Below are positions 19,811 to 27,871 of a DNA stretch of 64,000 nucleotides, piece after piece. The stretch covers positions 34,615 through 98,614 of the forward strand of contig JBBTRA010000007.1 of the NCBI GenBank assembly GCA_038065415.1. Reading direction: 5' to 3'. Below the pieces are notes generated by a model. It was not told the origin of the DNA, did not search any database, and was given only the letters and a program-made list of their open reading frames with translations. Each line of letters begins with the position of its first letter. The stretch's first letter is position 1. Origin of the DNA: Patescibacteria group bacterium. GTDB lineage: Bacteria; Patescibacteriota; Minisyncoccia; Phycocordibacterales; PALSA-1337. Both the position numbers and the translations under genes were made by a program.

Positions 19811-20773
19811 ATGAAAAACATATATACAAAGTACGCGTTATATTCGGTCATCGCACTGGCCGTCGTAGGTTTCGCACCCTCGACCGCTCGAGCCGATGAT
19901 GCATGTCTTTTCTTCGGCGACTTGAGCACGGGTTCAGTCGGCGAAGAAGTTCGTTGTCTACAGAAATACCTGAACAAGAACGGATACATTATATCCAGCT
20001 CCGGTCCAGGATCTATGGGAAGTGAGACCAGCTCGTTTGGAGAGAAAACTCGGGAGGCGGTAAAGAAGTGGCAGACTGCCGCAGGTATCTATCCTGCAAC
20101 GGGCACATTTGGTCCGCTGTCACGCACCACCTATCAAGCTGAGATCAAGAAAAGTACACCAACCCCTTCACCAACCACGACACTGTCGCCATCTGGTACA
20201 ACAACTGTAGTACCCGTAATTTCGACCCCTGTTACAGTACCAACACCTGTAGCAACTCCATCAGCAAGCGAAACAGCTATCCGCAAACTGCTCAAGAGCG
20301 TATACAGCCAGCTGGAAGACGCGATCGATGAGGTAGATGACGCAGAAGACGAAGGAGATAACACCGCTGAAGAAATAGAAGACATGCGAGACCTTCTCGA
20401 AAAAGCCGAGGATCGCTTGGTAGAGGCTGTCATGGCGTACATAGAGGAAGATATCGAAGAAGCGACTGATCTTGCAGAAAAAGCAGAGAAGTATGCAGAG
20501 GAAGCCGTCGAAGATATATCGAGCGGCGAAGATAAGGAAGATGCCGAACAAGCTCTCGAAGACGCTGACGAGGCTATAGACGATGCGCGTGATGAAATCG
20601 TGGCAGCTGAAGACGATGGTGATGATGTGGATGATGCACGTGACCTCTACGATGATGCGCGTGACAAGTATGATGATGCCCAGGAAGCGTTCGATGATGA
20701 AGATTATGAGGATGCCATCGAGCTTGCAGAAGAAGCACAGGATCTCGCTAATGAAGCTATCGACGAACTCTAA
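19811..20773 (+). CDS. Secreted peptidoglycan-binding protein with Pro/Thr linker and very acidic helical repeats
   Basis: Signal peptide, GSVGEEVRCLQKYLN..FGEKTREAVKKWQ..GTFGPLSR, D/E/A-rich tail. Confidence 0.85.
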   Translation: MKNIYTKYALYSVIALAVVGFAPSTARADDACLFFGDLSTGSVGEEVRCLQKYLNKNGYIISSSGPGSMGSETSSFGEKTREAVKKWQTAAGIYPATGTFGPLSRTTYQAEIKKSTPTPSPTTTLSPSGTTTVVPVISTPVTVPTPVATPSASETAIRKLLKSVYSQLEDAIDEVDDAEDEGDNTAEEIEDMRDLLEKAEDRLVEAVMAYIEEDIEEATDLAEKAEKYAEEAVEDISSGEDKEDAEQALEDADEAIDDARDEIVAAEDDGDDVDDARDLYDDARDKYDDAQEAFDDEDYEDAIELAEEAQDLANEAIDEL

Positions 20774-20785
20774 TTCCCCACAGAA

Positions 20786-20938
20786 CTAGACACTATAGGT
20801 TTCGTACCTGACTTCTCCCCTACTCTCAATAAAGCTCTTCAGCATCTTGTTCTCAGAGTACAGCCGGAATAGAGCTCCAAACAAAAAGGCGATATTTATC
20901 GCCACCAGGGCATATAAGGCGTGTTTTGTGTATTTCAT
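20786..20938 (-). CDS. Small 50-aa single-TM protein (not in ORF track)
   Basis: Hand translation MKYTKHALYALVAINIAFLFGALFRLYSENKMLKSFIESRGEVRYETYSV. Confidence 0.55.
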   Translation of the reverse strand: MKYTKHALYALVAINIAFLFGALFRLYSENKMLKSFIESRGEVRYETYSV

Positions 20939-21062
20939 GATGTCGGGTTACTGACGAGGGTATAGCCAAGGTCTTACATTGCCACCCATCCAGAATCATT
21001 GCATGAAAATCGTCGGCACATGCCGACGATTTTCAGTACAAGACCATTTTCTATCAATCCTG

Positions 21063-21134
21063 TGCCCTCAGTAGGAATCGAACCTACATTGCAAGATCCG
21101 CAATCTTGCGTCCTATCCATTGAACGATGAGGGC
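21063..21134 (-). tRNA. tRNA-Arg(GCG)
   Basis: GCCCTCATCGTTCAATGGATAGGAC, stem CAAGA/TCTTG, loop TTGCGGA. Confidence 0.92.
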
Positions 21135-21145
21135 AGGAGGCAACC

Positions 21146-21409
21146 TTACGCGAGTTTCTTCAAAGCGGCCATCACGCGAGACTTGGTACGTGACGACGTG
21201 TTGGCCTTGATGAATCCTGTCTTTACTGCCTTGTCGAGTGCCTGATAGATAGATGGAACGAGCTTCTCTGCTGAAACCTTGTTCTTGGCAACAAGAAGCT
21301 TGCGGAATTCCTTCATATTCTTCTCAATCGCAGACTTGCGGCGGAGATTGAAGACGCGCTTCTTCTTGGATGCGCGGAGTGCTTTGTGAGCTGATGAGGT
21401 AATAGGCAT
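21146..21409 (-). CDS. rpsT: 30S ribosomal protein S20
   Basis: MPITSSAHKALR, ALDKAVKTGFIKANTSSRTKSR. Confidence 0.95.
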   Translation of the reverse strand: MPITSSAHKALRASKKKRVFNLRRKSAIEKNMKEFRKLLVAKNKVSAEKLVPSIYQALDKAVKTGFIKANTSSRTKSRVMAALKKLA

Positions 21410-21488
21410 AAGTTGTTGTATGTGAGAGAAAGGTACCATATTGGACAAAAGAAGTAAAGAACCTTACCAAATCTGATATACTACCCCC

Positions 21489-22073
21489 ATGATTTCCTAC
21501 CTTCGCGGCCCCATCCTAGAAACAGGTAACCGATACGCTGTACTAGACATGAACGGTATCGGCTATAAGGTGTACACCACGGACGACACCATCCACACCT
21601 TGAATGTAGGCCAGGATGTCGTCTTTTGGGCTCATACGATCGTTCGCGAAGATGCGCTCGATCTCTATGGATTCACTTCCAAGAAAGAGCGCTCTTTCTT
21701 TGAGCTTCTCATCGGTGTATCTGGTATCGGCCCGAAAAGCGCCCTGAATATACTCTCGCTCGTCTCAGCGGACACACTGGCCAGCTCTATCCGTACCGGT
21801 TCAGTCGCACACCTGGTCAAAGTCTCAGGTATTGGTAGGAAGACCGCAGAGAAGATTGTTCTCGAACTCAAAGACAAGCTCGCTGGAGCCTCTTTCCATT
21901 CCGATGACCCTGCTCTCTCCGCAGGTATGTCGAGTGATATGGACGCCCTCGAAGCACTCAAGGCACTTGGATATGAGACAGATGAAGCGCGTGAAGCTCT
22001 CAAAAAAATTCCTGCAGATATTTCTGATACAGGCAAGAAGGTGAAGGCGGCGTTGAAAGAGTTGGGAAGATGA
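21489..22073 (+). CDS. ruvA: Holliday junction branch migration protein RuvA
   Basis: MISYLRG, VREDALDLYGF, VSGIGPKSA, GIGRKTAEKIVLELKDK. Confidence 0.97.
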   Translation: MISYLRGPILETGNRYAVLDMNGIGYKVYTTDDTIHTLNVGQDVVFWAHTIVREDALDLYGFTSKKERSFFELLIGVSGIGPKSALNILSLVSADTLASSIRTGSVAHLVKVSGIGRKTAEKIVLELKDKLAGASFHSDDPALSAGMSSDMDALEALKALGYETDEAREALKKIPADISDTGKKVKAALKELGR

Positions 22074-23365
22074 GCCATACTGTACCCATTATGCTCGACA
22101 CCGCTCTCGCACAGATTCGCCGCCATATACCTACAAAGGTTTTTTCACGCCTACAGGGGCCCTATCACTGGACGCTCTCATTTCTCGCTGCATTGTGGTA
22201 CCGGTTCCCTTCTCGCAAGATCAAGATCATTGCCGTTACCGGCACCAAGGGTAAGAGTTCAACTGTGGAAATCTTGAATGCCATCCTCGAAGAAGCGGGC
22301 TACAAGACCGCAATTTCAAATACCATCCGTTTCAAAGTCGGGGATATATCTTCAGAGAATCTCTACAAAATGAGCATGCCGGGCAGGTTCTTCGTACAAA
22401 AAATCATCAGGAAAGCGGTTAACAACGGTTGCCAATACCTCATCATGGAGATGACGTCTCAAGGAGCACTTCTGCATCGTCATCGCTGGATCGAACTCGA
22501 CGCATTCATCTTCACCAACCTCTCCCCTGAACATATCGAAGCGCATGGATCGTACGAAAACTACGCTCAATCCAAACTCTCTATCGCGCGACAGCTCGGC
22601 AAATCAAAAAAAGAAAACCGTACGCTTGTCGTGAATGCAGATGATGCGGCATCCGATCGCTTCATGGAATGCGATGCCGATCGTAAGACAAGCTACAGTA
22701 TCCACGATGTCGAACCGTATGAGGTCAAAAAAGCGGGTCTCGAGTTCACTCTCGACGGCAGACGCATCCGCTCGCATCTCTCGGGACTTTTCAATCTGTA
22801 CAACATAACCGCAGCGATCACAGCGGCTCGCAGCCAAGGTGTAACGACCGACGAGATGGTTCGAGCAATTGAAGGATTCTCGGGAATACCCGGACGAGTA
22901 CAAAAAATCGAGGCGGGGCAAGACTTTAGTGTCATCGTCGATTATGCACACACTGCTGACTCCCTCGAAAAGCTATATCAGGTCTTCCAATCATCCAGAA
23001 ACATCTGTGTCCTCGGGGGCACCGGAGGAGGTCGCGATACGAGTAAACGCGCTGTAATGGGCAAGATTGCAGACACTTATTGCAATGAAATCATACTCAC
23101 TGATGAGGATCCGTACGATGAGGATCCACAGAAGATCGTCAACGAGGTCGCTTCCGGCATCACCTCGCAGAAACCAACGATCATCATTGATCGCCGTGAG
23201 GCTATTCGTGAGGCTATTCGCCGGGCAAAAACTGGAGACACCGTCCTCATCACAGGCAAAGGAACAGATCCGTATATCATGGGTCCAAAAAATTCAAAAA
23301 CCCCTTGGAGCGATGCGCGAATAGCACGAGAAGAGATAGAGAAGATCCTAAATACTCTTCACTGA
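22070..23365 (+). CDS. murE: MurE-family Mur ligase
   Basis: VTGTKGKSST, FTNLSPEH, DYAHT, GGGRD..KR..MG, GKG. Confidence 0.9.
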   Translation: MSHTVPIMLDTALAQIRRHIPTKVFSRLQGPYHWTLSFLAALWYRFPSRKIKIIAVTGTKGKSSTVEILNAILEEAGYKTAISNTIRFKVGDISSENLYKMSMPGRFFVQKIIRKAVNNGCQYLIMEMTSQGALLHRHRWIELDAFIFTNLSPEHIEAHGSYENYAQSKLSIARQLGKSKKENRTLVVNADDAASDRFMECDADRKTSYSIHDVEPYEVKKAGLEFTLDGRRIRSHLSGLFNLYNITAAITAARSQGVTTDEMVRAIEGFSGIPGRVQKIEAGQDFSVIVDYAHTADSLEKLYQVFQSSRNICVLGGTGGGRDTSKRAVMGKIADTYCNEIILTDEDPYDEDPQKIVNEVASGITSQKPTIIIDRREAIREAIRRAKTGDTVLITGKGTDPYIMGPKNSKTPWSDARIAREEIEKILNTLH

Positions 23366-24607
23366 ATATAGACCATTGAGCTTCTCTACAGTTTTCGGTC
23401 CTACTGATCCTGTACGCTCAAGACCATATTTACCTTGAAATGCCTTAATCGCCTCTTTGGTACACGGTCCAATTTTGCCCGTACGCGGACAGTCGTTCTT
23501 ACTCTTATTTGATGGAGGATACACACCATCGACGAGGAGGGCGGTTTGAAGCGCATACACATCTTGGGATGCGCGGGCATTCTCCGCTATCGCACCGTTC
23601 CATGTATACGGAAGTACCAGCGTGTCATAGGCTGATGCCGCCATCGTTGTCTTGCCAGGGTTGAAGAAATCCTCAAGGCCAAGATACGTCTGGTACGCCA
23701 AGTCCCTGATAGCGAGTGGTCGCGACTCTGGATCTACGATCTGCGGCTCATATATATACGCGTATTCAATGAGTAGACTTGCCGCATCTGCAGTGTCATT
23801 TGCCCCGATCGCAATCAACTCACGCTCATCGACGATGCCTGTCGATTCACCCGCAAGATCCGAAACTGCGTTGTATTTACCCAACCGTTTGAATATTGTC
23901 TCTGCCACCGCACGCGTAGTTGTGCTGTTGGTATATTGCGCCTCAGGCACATATATAGAGAACCCGCTATACTCGCCAGGAACTTTCCAGCCATGTCCTG
24001 GATAATCATTGAAATGAATATGTATAGCAATATCGACCCCGTGTTCATTGGACCATTTGGTGATGCCGTAGAGACGGTACGCAACATCATTCGGAGCCGC
24101 ATTGTGCTGCACCTTGGGCACAAAGTCGGTATGGCTAAATTGGGCGACGCGGCGCAGCGATTCTTCTTTGTGCGCCTTTTGCCACTCGACAATACTGTTC
24201 CACTGGTCTTTGAAATACGTCTGGAAGGTAGGGTCCCATGCCGTTTGAGTACGTGGCACGATGACTTCATACTTACTGTTGTTTCGAAGGAATTTGGCGA
24301 GTTCGTCTGCAAGTTGAACCGTGAGGTCGCGCTCCTTGAGGCTTCCAAACTCCGCTCCACCATAGCTAGGCTCGTGACCAGGCATGAGAAGAATGCGTAT
24401 CTTTGCAGTTCCCCGTTCTGCATCAATAGAATATTTCTGCTGCAACTGAGCAACTGTGCGTGGATTGCGCGTCACTACAGCCGCCAACTGACCGCCCACA
24501 TCTTGGATGCTCGCCAAAATCCGAGCTGCCTGTTCGGGAAATTGCGTCGCCAGCCACGGTGTCAAGAAAAAACTTATGAGTATGGCAATGGCGATATAGT
24601 GGCGCAT
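23348..24607 (-). CDS. N-acetylmuramoyl-L-alanine amidase (Amidase_3) with C-terminal PG-binding domain
   Basis: LMPGH..E, IHFND, LIEYAY; QTAL..GPCTKEAIKAFQ..GPKT. Confidence 0.85.
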   Translation of the reverse strand: MRHYIAIAILISFFLTPWLATQFPEQAARILASIQDVGGQLAAVVTRNPRTVAQLQQKYSIDAERGTAKIRILLMPGHEPSYGGAEFGSLKERDLTVQLADELAKFLRNNSKYEVIVPRTQTAWDPTFQTYFKDQWNSIVEWQKAHKEESLRRVAQFSHTDFVPKVQHNAAPNDVAYRLYGITKWSNEHGVDIAIHIHFNDYPGHGWKVPGEYSGFSIYVPEAQYTNSTTTRAVAETIFKRLGKYNAVSDLAGESTGIVDERELIAIGANDTADAASLLIEYAYIYEPQIVDPESRPLAIRDLAYQTYLGLEDFFNPGKTTMAASAYDTLVLPYTWNGAIAENARASQDVYALQTALLVDGVYPPSNKSKNDCPRTGKIGPCTKEAIKAFQGKYGLERTGSVGPKTVEKLNGLYSVKSI

Positions 24608-24623
24608 GTTGAGTATAGTATAG

Positions 24624-24649
24624 CAGAGACCCCGCCTGCGGGGTCTCTG
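24624..24649. repeat. GC-rich 12-bp perfect inverted repeat between divergent genes
   Basis: cagagaccccgc-ct-gcggggtctctg. Confidence 0.8.
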
Positions 24650-24690
24650 AATAACTTGCACATCGTGCACTTTTGGACTTTACTTAGCTC

Positions 24691-25611
24691 ATGCCCGAAC
24701 TCCCCGAAGTACAAACAACCGTGAATGGTTTGCAAGAACATGTCGTGGGCCTGCGCATCACGGATGTGTGGTCTGACTACAATAGTCCCCACTTCAAAGG
24801 ATCTGCCACCATCAAAGATCCCCTCTATTTCGCACGGATCAAGAAGCGGATCATCGACACCACGATAATTTCCGCCTCTCGTCGAGCCAAGAATATATTG
24901 ATCGGACTATCTAACGGATGCACCCTACTCGTGCATCTCAAGATGACCGGGCACCTGCTTTATGGCCAATACCGATTCAACACTACCAAGAAAAAAGATC
25001 CCTGGGAGGCAATCACGCCGGAATCTCTGAAGGATCCATATAACAAGCATGTACATTTCGTGCTGTCCTTCTCCAATAAAAAATACTTGGCACTTTCGGA
25101 CGTACGTAAATTTGCCAAGGTGACACTGATCGAAGCGGGCATGTCGGCTGAATCAGATCACCTTCACAACATCGGTCCTGAGCCCTTGGAGAATAAGTTC
25201 GACTTCGATGCATTCGTCGCCAGGATCAATCTCCGGCCAAGTGGAAAAATAAAGCAGGTCCTCATGAATCAACAGATCATCGCTGGTATCGGCAATATTT
25301 ATGCCGATGAGTCTCTATGGCGCACAGGGGTGCATCCAGCGCAAAAAGTATCTGACATATCAGCGAAGGACCTGAGACTTCTCTTTGTGGCCATCAAACA
25401 AACACTATCGAGGGGCATAGATTTTGGGGGTGATTCCACTTCAGATTACCGCAATATTCACGGAAACAAGGGTGAATTTCATGAAAGTCATCATGCATAT
25501 CGGCGCACAGGCACACCATGTGACAAGAAAGGTTGTGATGGAACTATTGTACGTATCGTGCTCGGCGGTAGAGGCACACATTTTTGCGACAAACATCAAC
25601 GATTGAGGTGA
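24691..25611 (+). CDS. mutM: Formamidopyrimidine-DNA glycosylase
   Basis: MPELPEV, HLKMTG, GIGNIYADE, C-terminal zinc finger RGTHFC. Confidence 0.96.
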   Translation: MPELPEVQTTVNGLQEHVVGLRITDVWSDYNSPHFKGSATIKDPLYFARIKKRIIDTTIISASRRAKNILIGLSNGCTLLVHLKMTGHLLYGQYRFNTTKKKDPWEAITPESLKDPYNKHVHFVLSFSNKKYLALSDVRKFAKVTLIEAGMSAESDHLHNIGPEPLENKFDFDAFVARINLRPSGKIKQVLMNQQIIAGIGNIYADESLWRTGVHPAQKVSDISAKDLRLLFVAIKQTLSRGIDFGGDSTSDYRNIHGNKGEFHESHHAYRRTGTPCDKKGCDGTIVRIVLGGRGTHFCDKHQRLR

Positions 25612-26072
25612 AAAAGGATGATTCCGGTAACGACTGATACATTCAAGGACTCTTTCTTCCCTTTCATCGGTATCTCAATGATCATATCAGACCGTTTCAA
25701 AAGTTCTTCCGATACACCACCCATCTCGTTACCCAGAATCACCGCTAGCTTGGTATTTTTATCAGAAAAAGAAATATCCCGATAATCAACAGACCTTCTG
25801 TCCTGCTCAAGCGCAACTATACTGAACCCGTCTTTCTTAAGTGTTTTTATAAGCTTAACCCCATCTTCACTGTGCTCCCATGCAACGGCATCCTCGGCAC
25901 CCAATGAGACTTTTGCAACATCCCTTCTCTTCCTACCAAATCGGTCTACAGGAGCCGGAGTGGTGCCAATACAATAGATCTTCGAGACACCAGCAGCATC
26001 AGCGGTGCGAAAAATGGATCCAACATTGTGGGTGCTGCGGATATTGTCGAGAATGAGACGGGTGTCTGGCAT
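25596..26072 (-). CDS. SpoU/TrmH-family RNA methyltransferase
   Basis: LDNIRSTHNVGSIFRTAD, LGNE..G, ESLNVSV. Confidence 0.93.
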   Translation of the reverse strand: MPDTRLILDNIRSTHNVGSIFRTADAAGVSKIYCIGTTPAPVDRFGRKRRDVAKVSLGAEDAVAWEHSEDGVKLIKTLKKDGFSIVALEQDRRSVDYRDISFSDKNTKLAVILGNEMGGVSEELLKRSDMIIEIPMKGKKESLNVSVVTGIILFHLNR

Positions 26073-26123
26073 ATTTCAATATATACCATATAATGCTAGT
26101 CTACTACCAATAACTACCCCGCC

Positions 26124-26492
26124 ATGCTTTCCCTATTTCCTTCATTGCTCTCATACGAACAGCTCGCACCTTTCATCCTGCGCGTAGTGCTCGGCGTAAC
26201 CCTGGCATATTTCGGTTACCAGAAAATGCTCGGCAAAGGTGGCAGCTCCGGCAGTAACAGCAAAATATACGGTGGCGCTGAGATCCTCGTCGCAGTTTTC
26301 CTCATCATCGGCCTCTGGACCCAGCTCGCCGCCCTCCTCAACGCGATCATCCTGGTCATCAAGCTCGGATTCAAGATTCGCGATAAGGCATTCCTTACCG
26401 GAGGTATCAACTATTACCTACTTCTTCTCGCTATGGCAGTCTCTGTCATGCTCACCGGCGCTGGCTGGTTCGCGTTTGATTTGCCGCTCTAG
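26124..26492 (+). CDS. DoxX-family membrane protein
   Basis: LRVVLG, GLWTQLAA, TGAGWFAFDLPL. Confidence 0.8.
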   Translation: MLSLFPSLLSYEQLAPFILRVVLGVTLAYFGYQKMLGKGGSSGSNSKIYGGAEILVAVFLIIGLWTQLAALLNAIILVIKLGFKIRDKAFLTGGINYYLLLLAMAVSVMLTGAGWFAFDLPL

Positions 26493-26496
26493 TATT

Positions 26497-26525
26497 TGAC
26501 TAGCAGGTAAAAATGCTAGTATATT
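26497..26525 (+). promoter_or_regulatory. Sigma70 promoter for tRNA-Lys
   Basis: TTGACT-N17-TATATT. Confidence 0.7.
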
Positions 26526-26608
26526 GTGAGCTACACGCCCATACATGCATTTGGGTGCTGCGCTCGGGCCCAAAGCCCGAACAAGTTCGGTTTTTGTTTC
26601 CCTCGCTT

Positions 26609-26681
26609 GCGCCCATAGCTCAGTCGGTAGAGCAACTCCCTTTTAAGGAGTGGGTCGTTGGTTCGATTCCAACTGGGCGCA
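26609..26681 (+). tRNA. tRNA-Lys(TTT)
   Basis: GCGCCCATAGCTCAGTCGGTAGAGC, loop CTTTTAA, GGTTCGATTCC. Confidence 0.95.
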
Positions 26682-26727
26682 CAGAACTAGTTGATGTATT
26701 TTGAGCAAAATAAAAATCCCCAACTCC

Positions 26728-27078
26728 TTACTGTGCAGGAAGTTGCGGGAATTCAGCACCAGGCAAGCCGCGCAAGTTAGCAATAAGTTTTCTCACGGTA
26801 AAATCATGCAAATGAGCGAAGCTCATGACACATTCCATGAGATCTGTCACCGGCGCGTCTCGATTGAAGTGATGCACCAAACCACGTTTTGTTAGCCGCA
26901 AAGTACTCAGTCGCTCACCATCAACTTCACTATAACTGTGACAAATCACAACATCCTCAATGAGATCTGCGACTTCTGGGCACGCGATGAGCTCTTGTAA
27001 CAATGGGACTATTTTCTCAGCTTCAACAAGACGACGCTGGTGCGCTTCGTCTTGTTGCTTATGTGTCAAAATCCGCAT
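26728..27078 (-). CDS. Hypothetical protein
   Basis: 116-aa ORF with strong AGGAGG SD, convergent on tRNA-Lys 3' end. Confidence 0.7.
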   Translation of the reverse strand: MRILTHKQQDEAHQRRLVEAEKIVPLLQELIACPEVADLIEDVVICHSYSEVDGERLSTLRLTKRGLVHHFNRDAPVTDLMECVMSFAHLHDFTVRKLIANLRGLPGAEFPQLPAQ

Positions 27079-27132
27079 ACGATACTCCTCCTGAAAAAAA
27101 TTAAACCACGCCCTATAAAAAAATGCAATGAT

Positions 27133-27867
27133 TTATTTCAACCCCAACATCACTCTCTCCACCGCCAACTCAGCATCGCACACTCCTCGATGGGCATCAT
27201 GATAGACCGTTATAAGCTTCTCTGTAAGTGAGTTCAACTCCCCTTCACTATAGTTACCCGCAGCTTTCTTTGCTTTTGAAAAGACGAACGGACTCAATCC
27301 CGACTCGCTCGCACTCTTCGCCCGCGCCGCTAACTTCATAGACTTCATCTGCCAAAACAGAGTGCCGATGATATTCTCTGGCTCTGTTCCCTTGTCGACA
27401 GCTTCTCTATATACAGACCATGCCCTGAACGGATCTCGTGCCCCCACCGCATCAGCCAAAGCGAATATATTGAATTCCCCCGAACTTGCACCAAAACCTT
27501 TCGCCACCTCCTTCTTCTCAGTCTCAACCATCTTTTCTGCCGATTTTTCAAAAGCCTTTTTCAACTCCGCATTCAACTTCCCTTCAAGCACGATAAATAT
27601 ATTCGTTGATTCACCCATGACCGGTGCAAAGTCTGCAAATAATTCCTTCGCTTCAACATTCTCGGTCACACGATCAAGAAAAATAATATATTTGTTCGAG
27701 AATAATCCCTGTCCACCGATATGTTCCTCGATGATGGAGGGAGACCACTGAGCCGCCTCGACACGCACATATGACGCATCGGGCTTCTTGGCGCGCAATG
27801 AAGCAACAAGGGAGGTTGCTTTGGTGACTGCGGCTGGCGTATCGGTTCCGTGAAAGACGTAGAGCAT
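27133..27867 (-). CDS. holA: DNA polymerase III delta subunit-like
   Basis: MLYVFHGTD, GLFSNK, FNIFALADA, PFVFSKA, H.AHRG. Confidence 0.8.
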   Translation of the reverse strand: MLYVFHGTDTPAAVTKATSLVASLRAKKPDASYVRVEAAQWSPSIIEEHIGGQGLFSNKYIIFLDRVTENVEAKELFADFAPVMGESTNIFIVLEGKLNAELKKAFEKSAEKMVETEKKEVAKGFGASSGEFNIFALADAVGARDPFRAWSVYREAVDKGTEPENIIGTLFWQMKSMKLAARAKSASESGLSPFVFSKAKKAAGNYSEGELNSLTEKLITVYHDAHRGVCDAELAVERVMLGLK

Positions 27868-27871
27868 ATAG

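Noticed and set aside
21001-21040. Inverted repeats next to tRNA 3' ends (also 12098-12137, 13700-13740)
   Set aside because: Explained as ordinary tRNA terminators.
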